Source: Kudoa neothunni | Lineage: Eukaryota; Animalia; Cnidaria | Direction: 5' to 3' | Length of the DNA stretch: 64,000 nucleotides | NCBI GenBank assembly: GCA_964304625.1 | Contig: OZ199839.1 | Coordinates: 759,616 to 823,615 of the forward strand | Shown: in pieces, positions 14,299 through 27,016 of the stretch | Layout: every line of letters begins with the position of its first letter | How positions within the stretch are numbered: position 1 is the first letter of the stretch | Program-made: the position numbers and the translations under genes | The notes under the pieces: generated by a model | What the model saw: only the letters and a program-made list of their open reading frames with translations | Told to the model about the DNA's origin: nothing | Database searches by the model: none

Positions 14299-14999
14299 GC
14301 ACCATGCCTCTGGATCTTTAACGAATTTTTATTTTAAGATTATATCTTTAGATGGATGTTTCAAATGTTTTACTGTTCAAATTGATATATTTTGTTTGCA
14401 TCTATAATTAAATAATGGCACTCTTACGTAATCCATATTAATGGCCACTCAACGCGTCGTGTAATCCATACTAATGGTCAGCTAACGTATATTATGTGCC
14501 ACAAAACCTATACCTTACGTCCCGTAAACCACATATTAAAATAATTATTATTTATCGTGAGTGAGTATCCATTGTTCTCGTGTATTTTTGACTCAGGGTT
14601 TCTATGCGCTTCTAAAAGACGTAATAGGTACGTTCAGCCGTTGGCAGTGTGTAACTTTTGGGTTTGAGATGAATTCTGCGGTAGCAAAATATTGTTGTTT
14701 ATTGAAACGTTTACAAAATCCAAATAGGCTTGTTTTCTCGGCATAATATTCAATCATATTACGTAGGAGAAATTTTCTGCAAAATTTGATACATTCATCT
14801 ACGTGAAAAATTGTTTCTAACATGATGAACGTCTGTGCCTTTCAGTTACGCGTACACATTTAAAATTTGAATAACTACTGGCAAATTTCATAGGAACCTA
14901 GAATGGTGCAAGTCATTGAAAATTTTTTTTTAGATTTAAGTGAATTTGTTCATTTTAAAATAAGAAGTAATTACGCCTGCACGGGGGGGGGTATTTATA

Positions 15000-17231
15000 C
15001 AGTGGGTAATCGATTTTGCGTGATCCCCACGGGACTGGCAAAAAAGTACGTAAAATCCGTAGTGACCGATTTTCGTACGTAACAAGCGCAAGCGCAAAAA
15101 TAAAGAAAACCTATTTTTGTAATTTGTTAAAATTATATCACGGTTTCTAAAAATCTTGTAAATAAACTGAATAAAATTTATGAAATTATAGTTATATGTA
15201 CACAAGAATAGTTATTTTCTAATTTGGTTTCCAAACCACGGATAAAATTCTATTATTTTCAATTTTCGAAAATTATCCAATGAAATTTCATAAATCTAAT
15301 CTATTCCACATAATAAACTGTAGTTTCTATTACCATTGGCTTCGATATGTGTTCTTAATATTGCATACAATCAATTTCTTCTTTTGTTATAACTTTATAG
15401 GAGTTATTTCTACCATTTCCTGTTCGATATCCTTCATAGTCTATTACATATCATCCTTATTTTCATTAATACCATTCATGTTAAACTTCTCAATCTCCGA
15501 CTCGAGTATTATTTGGGCAATTTCATCCTTTATTCTTTATCCATATCCGATACTTTGATGTTCATTCAGGGCGTAAAATTAAGTCAACTGGAATAAAAAA
15601 TGCTCTATTAAGACAATTGACTACGACTGGTCGCGTAAATTTTCCCCAATACATTATAATAAGCATGAGTGCATCGAGCATATTTGGAGGAGTCACATAA
15701 AGACATTCTCTATTCGTGAAATTTATCTAAGAATCATAAAGTTTTTATAGTACAATTTAAACAGTCTTACTGTTGAGTCATGGGAACTTCGACTTTCTGC
15801 GTGAGAAAAGTTAAACTAGTTTCCCATTCAAATGTTCCGTGGGAGAATAAGAGTACAAGTCGGGAAATATATGGTTGGCGGCAATTTCGATTTCTACGGC
15901 TGACAAGTTGGTCCTATGACCCGTTTTCCCTCCAAAGATAACCAACAACAGTTCCTCCACAATTTGGTACATGGGAATACGGCGAATATGGACCACAGCA
16001 ATGAACGATGACGAAATACTACTTTCCCACGGAACCCTCGCTGCACTAGTCATTTTTTCCTCACCGCATCGAATTCTGGAACTGGCGCTCCTCGCTGTAT
16101 TTAAGCCATATAATTTTCCCACCTTTTCAATTCTCTCTTGTGTTCTTACTTGGATCTCTTTTTCTTTTGCGCACCTTACTGGATCTAACATTACAATGTC
16201 TCGATCCATTGGCTGTAGTATGCTTGGTGTATTTTCTGGAAAAGGTCGATTTTAATATCTCACAAATTATATTGAGTATGATAAGACGCGTTGTCCATGA
16301 GCAATAAGGATTATTCATTTTTACGTTTGACATATCTGTTTAGAATAATCAAATTTTCTTTGAATAGAGATATAGACATTTAGGTTGTTCAATATTTTTA
16401 TAAACCAAAAGTAACGATTCAGCGCTCTTTAAACTACTGGGTTTGGTAAAATGACCAATAATAAATAGGTCTAGTTTTTCTCTTGTAATCGAAGCATCAA
16501 ACAGTACAGTAACTCTACTTTTTAATTTTTTATGCGCATCTCCAGTTGATTTTCTTAGCATTACAAAGCTTTTCCCTATGTTATAATGGTAAACAATTTT
16601 TTATAACATTAATACGACGCTGCCGATGAAAGTAGATTGATGTTTGGTCAACATTATATACACCACATGGGAATAACTTTTTATGATATCGGATGATGTA
16701 GTTTTCTATTCTTCAATTATTTTATTGTCGGCAGTATCTAATTCGCCGTGGAAGTTGATTTTATTCCAGTTGAATATTTATATTTTAAATAATATCGTTG
16801 GTCTTTAATTAATGTTTATTCGATCTCATTAAATTCATCCAATCTTAAACTTGGAAACCTACTGTAAAATCTTCCTTCTTTGCTATGTTCTTTCACCTCA
16901 AATTGACGAAACCAGATTCATATTATGAAGTAATTTCATTTTTTATTTCATAAAGAAAATATAATGCGGAAACCTTGAAATGGCGAATAGAAATTGTTTT
17001 TGCATTTTTATAGATAAGAATTTCACTATTTCATATTTTTCTTTAAGTGTTCTACGCCTCTTGCTATCAGCAACTATAGTTAGTGATTGCGTAAAAGCCA
17101 CAAATGATATAGAAATCCAAACAAAAAATTACTTAAAATCGGTCACTACGGATTTTGTGTATCTTAGTGTTATTTTATATTAAATCAAGATTTTTTACTT
17201 GTAAAAAGTACGTAAAATCGATTGTCGACTG
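15000..17231 (-). mobile_element. Decayed pogo/Tigger element
   Basis: TA-flanked TIRs CAGT..AATCGATTTTRCGT. DDE_1 motifs KSRVTVLFDA..EKLDLFIIG and PENTPSILQPMDRDIV|RLFKLYY are present. Confidence 0.85.
15771..16190. mobile_element. Solo LTR (420 bp) inserted in the pogo transposase
   Basis: TGTT...AACA termini with a perfect 4-bp TSD (TTAC at 15767-15770 and 16191-16194). Removing the element restores the pogo frame DIV|RLFK. Confidence 0.85.
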
Positions 17232-17397
17232 TAGTAAGGAGAAAATAAAAACTAGAATATATTGATGAAATATTGAATGATAATTCTATCATTCTGAATT
17301 TCAATTACCTGACGTGGAAATTTCCTCGAGATAATGAGTTAATTGTTGTTAATAATTTGTATTTTGGATTTTTTTGATTACGCAATAAAAACATGAA

Positions 17398-17540
17398 GCC
17401 TGGACAATATGGCATAGTGGTGTTAGGTCGACATCCATACCATTAGGTTACGACTACGAAGCCTAGTCCAATCGTTCCTGTACTCCTAATCCAATGGTTC
17501 CCTACAGGGGGAATCGTCCCAAACGAATGTAGAAATAACC
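17398..17540 (+). mobile_element. Truncated tRNA-derived SINE copy
   Basis: The first ~95 bp match the minus-strand copy ending at 30390, including the A box TGGCATAGTGG. Confidence 0.75.
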
Positions 17541-17816
17541 TTTTTGTAAGTTTAATGATGTAGTGATGGTGAAATTTTGGTCCAATCATTCGTTAAATAT
17601 ACAGAGTTATTACCGTTTAATTGTTATGATAGTTAATTGTTGGTTATGCGACGAGAGAGTAAGAAAACAAATAATATTAACTATACTGATATCAAAAATG
17701 AATCGTGGCCAGTATATTCTAGTATCAAATTTTATCCTAATGGTAGTAGCTGCTATAGCTACAGGGGATAATTCTATTTAGCCCATCTTAATAAAACATT
17801 ACGCCGATATATATTA

Positions 17817-20262
17817 CTAGCGCGAAAACCCCGGCTTTGCCCGAGAGTGAGCTAATTTAAATAAAAAAATATATTTGAAAATTGAAAATATATATTAATC
17901 CCTATATATAACCTCTGGATGAACAGTATAAACTCGTAATTTGTTTATAATATCGCCCTTTCGACGATTACGTAAAAACAAAAATTTTAGTCTTATAGAA
18001 ATACCCAGTTCCGCCTCATAATGAGAGCATTTAATTTTGAAAACTTAAATGATGAAAATAATAATCATCATATTCAAATTGACTCGTCAATTTAGGTATT
18101 AAACGCGAATTTCTAGGCCAGTATCGTTCTTTTGGCGACATTGTTATTGTTATCAAATGGAACATTAATATCTCGATCTTCCCATTTTTTTCTTGAGTAG
18201 GCTTCATCCTCATTAGAAATCAAAAGTTCTTTTAGCATGTATGACATTTTAACCGCATTAACCAACCTGACAACACACTTCCGTGTATTCGTTCGTGTTC
18301 ATGGTTTCGCGCATTAAATACCATGCCTAAATTTTGGCACGAAACACGAACAAAATTTATTTTAAACTAGCGCTAATGCCAGCTTTGTCTGGCATTATGT
18401 GATCGAAAATTTTAACTTTTAGTTTTATTTTTGAATGGAGAAATTCTACGTAAGATTTAATCTAAATAGCACGGTAAACCTTGTAAATATTAATTTTCTA
18501 TCTTAATTGATGCATTTTAAAGCTTGTCACTATTTTTTCAATGTGATGATTTTGAAAAATAAAATTATACTCGCACTTTCTATTCAAATATAAATAGAGG
18601 TATGGAGGGAAATTAATGAGTAATTTAATTAACGATTAGAGTTCATTTATATTAAACAAAATCATTAAGTATTTTAAATATTAAAGAAGACTTTCAGTTA
18701 TTTTCAAAATATTACGATAGAAATTAATTCTTCTAGTTATAAAATTTATTATTGGTCTAAAAACGATAAAAAAATAAAATCGACCAAAGATGCATCAGAA
18801 ATAAAAATATTAATTTTTACTCCTTTTTTGCAATTTTATAAAGGAAGTTAATGAGGTTTGAATAATCTGTGTGTGGTAACTTACGTACTCAGTATTTTAA
18901 CATAATTTCCCTATTTTTAAATAGATGAAAACTTTCTTTTTAACAGAAATACTTACTGGTTTAACATATAAAAATTTAATTACCATAATACGATTAAATC
19001 TATAATGTAAAGGTGTTGGGGGTTTGAAAAGTTACAGTAATGCTTAAGTATCCACTGGGTTTCTCGAAGGAGTGTACCCTTTTAAAAATAAACGTACTGT
19101 TTGATTGCCCCAAAAAATTTCTTCGTATTAAATTATTTTTAGATTAACAAAAACTTTGTGAAAATATCGGTTAGATCGAATAGACCAATAATTTCTTATT
19201 AACTTACATGGCACGCATTGATAGGGAATGTATTTTGCGCAAAAGTATCCGCGAATATAAATTCTTAAACTACGTATAGAATACGGCGTCGCATATTTTA
19301 ATGCAGCTTTTATATCATAATGAATTAGTTTTAGCGAGAAGAAAATTATATAGTGATTTGAATATTAATCTTAAGGTCTGGGGGTAAGGAATAATTAGGT
19401 TACTAATAATTTAAGCATTATTTAAAGAATTGTCTCATAAAATATAGAAATTTATCGAATTAGTTATGCCAGCTGTTTTTCAAGAAAGTTTAGGACCACC
19501 AAAAAATGAGTAAAAACTTATCAAAAAGACGAGTATAATTTCAATCTCAATCGACATAATTGATAAAAAGAAATTTTCGCATCTTAGGAATTCCAATAGA
19601 GCATAATTTTCATTTAAGATGTTATCACAAAAATTTACTTATTTGAAAACTTTACATACATCTTACATCGTTTTTAGAATGCTTATATTACTACCAAGTT
19701 ATTACTTGATGACAAGTTATAATCTCAAATTATGTGAATTTATTTAAAATAATCATAGTCTTTTTGCTTAAAATGTATTTATAATGCTTGAAAAATGAAT
19801 CTATATTTTAAAAAAATGTAATATACAAATTTTAAGGGAAATGCAAAAATTTTTGTAAATGTAACGTTAATAGTTTTATTCGTCTTAAAATTACTCCAAA
19901 CAGGTATATGTAGCAGCTGTGAAACATTCCATATCAAAATTAACGGATTTACCCAGTATATCGCGAGAAAAAGTTCATTCTAATTTATTATCGCTCTGAA
20001 GTAAACAAACATCAATATTATATATTATGCAGATACTCTTTAATCTGTTAATTGATGTAAACAACCAGAAAATTCCCTACTTCTGACTGCGGTATTGATT
20101 ATATTTATACTTCCAAGTAAATGAACGACTTTTATTAATGGTGTCATCTATTCAAATGCAAACTAAAAGCTGTATTTAAAGGAAGTTTCTCCGTGGCGCA
20201 TGGGTATTTCTGCAAACACACACACACACTGACACACATAAGAACTTTATATATATAGTAGA
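17817..20262 (-). mobile_element. Non-autonomous Helitron with two tandem 3' ends
   Basis: The 5' end A|TCTACTATATATATAAAG with a (TG)n tract is at 20262. Hairpin+CTAG|T 3' ends are at 18367 (TAATGCCAG..CTGGCATTA) and 17817. Confidence 0.65.
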
Positions 20263-20510
20263 TTATTAATCACGTTTTGAACGTAGGAATTGGTCTTGAT
20301 TTGCTAATTTACAATGATTTATTCGCTTCGCTTAAAAACCTAACAATCTAGGTTTGCTCATTTAACAAATAAAATCTTGATACATCTATTTTTTATGGTA
20401 TAAGCTTAAAAATTTTATACTGGTATTATTTCGTTGATGCTATAATCATAAACAGAATAAATCTTGATTCTATTTCTCTACTCTCTCTTAATATTCTCCA
20501 TGTTTTAATC

Positions 20511-21790
20511 ATGGTTGATCAGCAAAAGGTTAGAAAATGGAAGGAGGATTACACTCGCTATGGTTTCACTAAAATTGTTATTGATGGGATTGATCGACCA
20601 CGTTACGTGTTTTGTGGTTCAACATTTTCCAATTCAAATCTGAAACCATCAAAACTCGATAAACATTTTCGTGTTAAACACGGTCGAAGTTCACAGACAG
20701 GAAATGATTTTGATTAATTGATAAATAAAAGAATCCGTTATGATATGAACGGCACACTTCCATAATTGAGATTTGTTTCTCTGGATAAACCCTTGCTTAT
20801 TGTTTCCTTCAAAATTGCTTAAGAAATAGCAATATACAACAAATCAGAATTGCAGAGAATCTAATAGAACCCTGCAGTATTGAATTAGCACGAATTGTAT
20901 TGGGTGAAGAGGCTGAAAATAAACTTAATAGGATTCCTATGTCGAATAATGTTGTTCGAAATAGAATCGACGCTATTGGAGAGGATATCCATAATCAAAT
21001 AATTTTGGATACGAAATCGTCACCTCTGAAGATTTCAATCCAGTTGGATGAATCCACGGACGTTGAAAAAAGTAGTAAACTTGTCTGCTTCGTTCGCTAC
21101 TTAAAGCAAAACACGATCGAGGAAGAGTTTCTTTTCTGTAAACCTCTTGAAACTACAACAACTGCGAAAGACATATTTTTATCTCTTAACGGTTTGAATT
21201 ATTCAATTCAAGGGAAGAAAATGAATATTGTGAGAGCCTCCGAAAAACTGCATGCATTTCGTAAGAAATTACCTCTGCGGAGCTCTAGAATACAAGTTTA
21301 AAATTTCGCCAACTTTTCGTATCATGATGAAGTTCGTAAGATTTATAATAATCAAAAATTTAAACAAAATGTATTGGCTGACATTGTTTACAACTTTAAA
21401 ACATTGATTATCTCATTTGAGAGGTATTTTCCGGCAGGAAATTTGTACGCATCTGACGTTTGGATCATCAACCCATTTTCATTTAAATTTGAAAATATCC
21501 TTAATGACGACCACGATATAGAAGGGATAATTGATTTTCGCGAATGTCAAGCAATGAGACTTATTTATGACTCAAATACAGTTGAAAAATTGTGGTGCCA
21601 TGCTCCGACTGCTTATCCATCCCTTGCAAAACGAGCGTTGAATATTCTAGTTCCATTTTCCATTACTTGGTTGTGTGAGCTAGATTTTTCATTTTTGTTG
21701 TATGTAAAAAACAAATATAGAAATTTGTTAAATCCTGACAATTATTAGCGAATTTCGTTAACTAACAAAGAACCGCGATTTGAAATGTAA
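20511..21790 (+). mobile_element. Decayed Buster/Charlie hAT transposase (ZBED5/8-like), internally deleted
   Basis: Motifs YTRYGFT..LKPSKLDKH, SIQLDESTDV, EEFLFCKPLETTTTAKDIF and LVPFSITWLCELDFS..KNKYRN are present. There are multiple stops. Confidence 0.85.
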
Positions 21791-22859
21791 GTTAACAGTC
21801 GCGAAGAACAGGAGAGTAGATGATCAAAAATATTTTATTCTTTTTGTTGTTTTTAGAAAACATTCCCATTGGAAATCCGATTTAGTAGTTGATATCTTCT
21901 CTAATATCTCATCACACTCTACTTTTGACTCATCTAAAATTTCTGGATATTCAAAAAAGCCATAATTAGAACATTCATCGTATTAGCCATCCTCAAATTC
22001 CAGGGCATTGTCAAAATATCCTCCATTTTTATTTCAATTCCTAATATCATTCGAACTATTCTTTAATATTATTTCTTTATGTATAAATCTCAAAAATTAA
22101 AAACCGAAAAATCCAAATAACTAAGTTAGCAATCGTGTAGTCGTGTGTATCTCAAATTAATCCCAAGGTAATCTCGCTGTCCATTGGGGATTCTGTTGGC
22201 AAAAGTTAGTAATATAATTTCTTAAGGTTCTTAGACATTATATTTTAATTTTTTTGAATATTTTAAATGTAAAAATTAATTTTACATCGTATAATAATCA
22301 TTGAGTATCGATATTGTCGATATTTCCAGGTGAAGATAATCTGCCTCTTTTTAAAAAGGTTATATTGAGTCAATTTCTTTTAAACTGATTACTTTGAATT
22401 TTTCAAATAAAACAATGAATTAGATTGAGAGATTTCACTGAATATAAGATAGATATTTAATGTTAAACGGGGTAATTTTTAAAAATACAAAAATTGGGAT
22501 GCATAATGCACCCCTTTCGTCCCTGGATGGTAAATCTCAATTATTCATGTTTAAGATCTTCCTTTAATTTTTCGTTAAAAAAAATTTCTAAATATCTGAC
22601 TTAATTATTTTTCAGTCTACAATAAACGCGGTTTCATCTAAAGGGTGAAATACTGTGAAATATTCTATGGAAAAATTATACATGAATTTAAGTCACACGT
22701 AATCAAGAACCAATGTTTTTTCCTAATTTTGAAGATAACTAATTTTAAATCATACTACAGAAGAATTTGGATGAAAATTTGTAGTGCAGAAAACAGATAA
22801 AAAAGGAAAACAGAAAACAAAATCAACTGACAAACAGGAATATTTCAAAGTGGAACTTA

Positions 22860-24813
22860 TCATATGTGTATACGTTTAATATGACTATCAAGGGAAGCAT
22901 GTGATGAGAAGGCTCTCCCACATTTGACACATTTGAAAGGTTTTTCCCCGGTGTGTTGCCTAGTGTGAGTACGCAAAATGGAAGAGGCGGAGAACTTTCT
23001 GCCGCATACGTCACAACTGTATGGTTTTTCTCCTGTGTGATGTCTTATGTGTTTGTTCAGACTGCTACTTTGAGTGAATGCCTTATTGCAATAGGAGCAG
23101 ATGTAAGGACGATTTTGCTCATGCACATGTGAGATATGCACCCGTAAACGTTCATTTTTATTGAATGATCTGTTACACAGATGACAAGGATAATCCCGTT
23201 TGCCATCATCCACACACTTGGAAAATCTCAAATGCTTTTCCAAATAGGATTGGTAAGAGAATAAACGTTCGCAAAAAGGGCACGAATATCCTTGAATATC
23301 ATCCTCCACCGAGTTATACTTAATGCTTGACGATGGTGAAGATTTGACGTCTGTAACTGTAATCATCGAACGAGATTGATTGCTCAGTGAAAAGGATTGT
23401 TGCATCGAAACCGCTTCATCAATGGAGCCGTAATCTAGTGCAGTAACAATAGATGAAGAATTCATGGAGGGTGATTGAGTGAAGCTTTCAGTAATTGTAC
23501 TATTTTCGATAAGCATATTATTGCATCCACTATTTGTATGTGGATTCAAATGAGAGTTCCTTAATTTTTGAGGAGGTGTTATATTGATTGCACTGATTAT
23601 AGGCGGAAAAGGATTGCATCTATCAAAATCATGATGATCCCGCCATTTGGGACAATATGTTGAAATAGGGTCAGGATTAATTCTGCTGAACTTAGGAGAC
23701 GACGAAAATTGATAAGGTGGTGGTGGTGGCGGCGGCATGTGATTAGGATAATAGGTATTTAGATTTTTAAAGTTGGCAACTATCTGCACCCCGGGTTCGA
23801 TCATCACATTGGTTTTGTAAATTATATCCGCACCGAAAAAGTAAATGTCTACATTTGGATAAACTGATGTATCTCTAAGAATTTTGATCCATGGTTCCTC
23901 ATAATATGTGGAGTTTATGAAACGCTCATACAACATGTTTGTCTAAAACATGTTCAAATATGCACACTCGAATTCAGCACTCACATTTTCAACATTGATA
24001 TTCGGCGAAAGGGGAGCATTTATCTGAGCAATAACAGAGTTTTTCGGTAGTTTATATTTAGGGAATATTCGAACTTTTCTCGAATTATTGGATAGCCATG
24101 TGCTGTAGTTGACAAATGGGGGCAACGAACGTATAACTTGATCAACTTGTTTATCGTTGTAATCTTCCATTGGTCCCTTAAAGGCTACTTGCTTTATTTC
24201 TAATATTCAATATTAATTCGAATGTATAAGCTTGGTTAATAATGGATAAAGTCAGTTTTTTAGCTTTACCGTTAATGAATTTTTCGTAGATTTGCCTGGC
24301 AATTATGGATATATGGGAAGCTTCAGTTGAATTCACAAATTGAGGAGGAATCAAAAATCCTCGATTCGTGTAATAATCAATTTCTCCATAGTTTTGACTG
24401 TAGGATTTACGCATTGGGTGATTATGGACGTAAGAAGTGGGTGCACCAACACCGCCACTTTCTAAACGAGTAGTTATGTTGCAGGAAGAGTAGCGCCGCC
24501 TATCATTATTCAGATCGTGTGATGAGTTTCTATTGCGAGGAAATTATAAAATACCGCCCAAAAAATTGTACTTGTGAATATTTATGTAACGATTAGACAT
24601 GTTGCCGGAGAGAGGCAGTAGATTTGAAGATATAGTAACGGTAGTGCTCTCATTTGATTGTCTGCTGGTGTCGCTATCATTTATATCAATTTTTGACATT
24701 ATATTTGAGTTTAAGCTTTTGCTGTTTTCATTTTGACGCGAGCTGGCTGTTGAACCATCACTGGATTCAATTTTTGGTGATGAATGTGGTCTCGTTTCCA
24801 GGATTTTCTCCAT
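22860..24813 (-). CDS. PRDM14: PR/SET zinc-finger protein, PRDM14 orthologue, 4 exons
   Basis: The C2H2 array carries PRDM14-diagnostic segments (KHLRFSKCVDDGKRDYPCHLCNRSF..ERLRVHI.HVHE, QSSSLNKH, ASSILRTH, SHASLDSH). A divergent PR domain precedes it (W...PNV..IIYKT...IEPGVQI). Three GT-AG introns join the four ORFs in frame. Confidence 0.9.
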
Positions 24814-26124
24814 CGAACAAGGTTAAATGTGCTTGTTAGGTAATGTCTCAGGATTGTTCAACAACGCTGTTGAAATACTTAGAAGTGTTAATTCGAGTGA
24901 TCTATATTAGAATGAGACAGCATTAAACGCCAGCGAATACTTTGCTGCTTGAAAAAAACACGTCTCAACTTGGATTTATGCCACTACCTATAAGCTATCA
25001 CCTACAATTTAATTCCTCTATTTAAAATAGTTTGCGACAAATGAAAATAACAAATCATTGTAATCTTATAAACAGTTTACAAACACTACTATATATTAGT
25101 GCAATGGTATTAGCGAAATACTGAATGTGTGATAGAATAAAGGACAATACAACTTGTACAGGTAGTTTAAATTTGGTTGATTGCAGGTAAACCAAATAAG
25201 TTCACCAATCACATTAAAGTATGTTGTATTTTAATTGATGTTGATAACACCAAATCACCAGTGGGATTTATAGTTCATAGGTGGCAGCTGCCTACGCTTT
25301 AATTGAACTATTGCATTGTATAACATAATTCCATTACTGTTTTAATTGTTTCATTGTTATTTCAATTAAATATATATTAATTTAGTCAATATTGATTATT
25401 TTCGTGCGAAAAATGATTCAGTCGCCATAGATAGTAAACAAGTGAGGAGGCGTTCACGACTGTTTAATAATATTAATAAGGTTATAGGCGTAGATTACTT
25501 ACGATCTACTCTTACAGCACCATCAAACGTGGTATTAGCATTGAAGGATATAGAGTAAAAAAATTTGTGTTGTTCTTGAAGTTGTTTTTTTTAAATAATG
25601 CCAACATATTTAGCTGATATTAGCTTACAGTAGCAGACAATTGGAATTGGTCAGTCATTCTTATATCAATATTGGTTTGTGAATAATGATAGTTAATTAC
25701 TTATTAGGGGCAGCTATTGTTAAATTAGTCGAGCTATTATCAACTAACTAAACAATACTTGCTAGATACAATAAGCCATTGTTTTAATTTCAATAATTAA
25801 TTATATGTGTAATTAAACAAAAATAATGTAAAATTACTTGGCAATTTGCTCGACGTATCTATAAAGAATGTTGTGCGATTATATCAAAACACCCACCTAC
25901 CCTAAGTATTATCACATTGAACCTATTAGGTAACTTTATAAAGTGGATATTAATCCTTTTGTATACCGCATATTTGGTTAAAGCGTGGAATTCGTATCCT
26001 TGGTACGTCCACGGCTCTCATTAGTACACGTATTACAATAGAATAATTTAAGAAAATCATAGATCAACAACTCGGTTGTCTATTCTATGAAATTAGTCTC
26101 ATTCATCATACATTACATTAATGG

Positions 26125-26277
26125 AGATAAGACCTATTATCAGTTTAATACCATCTAACCGACTCCAACAAAGTGGAGTAATTATCCTATCTATCCATTT
26201 ATACGTTAAGTTATCCTCTGATGATAGATAACACTTCTTTCGTGTGGGATCATCTATTTATCTACCTTGACTTATCT
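26125..26277. promoter_or_regulatory. Dense GATA-motif cluster ~1.3 kb upstream of PRDM14
   Basis: Seven WGATAR and three GGATAR sites lie within ~155 bp. Confidence 0.35.
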
Positions 26278-27016
26278 GGAATTGTAAACATGTCGCTCCG
26301 AAAATTGATCGTTTCTTTTGAAATTAGACATAGGTAATTAATTAAATAACATAAACTTTTAGATACTGCAACTTAACAGATACTGAAATTAATCGTCGAA
26401 TTTCTTCATATCATCCAAATCTAATTTTCGGTAAATTGGAAAAGTTCTTGTTTTAATGAGGTGGCTTAATAGTTAATGACTTGTTTGAACATTGAAAGCG
26501 TTGTTATGGTGTAAAATAACTACTAATCTGATTAAGAAAATAACTTGACACAGACATAATTCAGAAATTTATCGTTCTTTTGAAAAATACTTATAAAAAC
26601 AATGGTGGTTGCCAGTCGAATTTAAATGCATTTTATCTGACTTAATAATTATGCTTATACAAATTTGAGAATCTAAAAAAAATATTTTACCGTCAATATG
26701 ACCAATCCTAATTTTCTTTAGAAATTTTGTTAAAAAATTAAATAATAATATAATGAGAAAAAATCCATGTCATTCATTGTGGTTTTGATTTTATATAAGC
26801 GGGAGTGTTAATCTAAAACAAAAAACATTTGAAAATATTCATGTCGATTTTATCTAAATACGTATATGAAAAATATCCGAATTAAGAAAATCAACGGAAT
26901 TGCTGAATGTGGATTAATTTTTATTGTGTAAAATTGAATGTTTTGAGTTCTATGCGCATGTGCATTAAATAAATAACAGGCGGTGGCCATTTTTATTGAT
27001 CCATTTAATCCTAAAC

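Noticed and set aside
15811-16333. ORFs of 132, 94 and 68 aa as host genes
   Set aside because: They are chance frames across the pogo/solo-LTR junction.
23936-23990. In-frame TAG between two PRDM14 ORFs, suggesting readthrough or a reassigned stop
   Set aside because: The TAG is the acceptor of a 42-nt GTGAGT intron. All genes here splice cleanly under the standard code.
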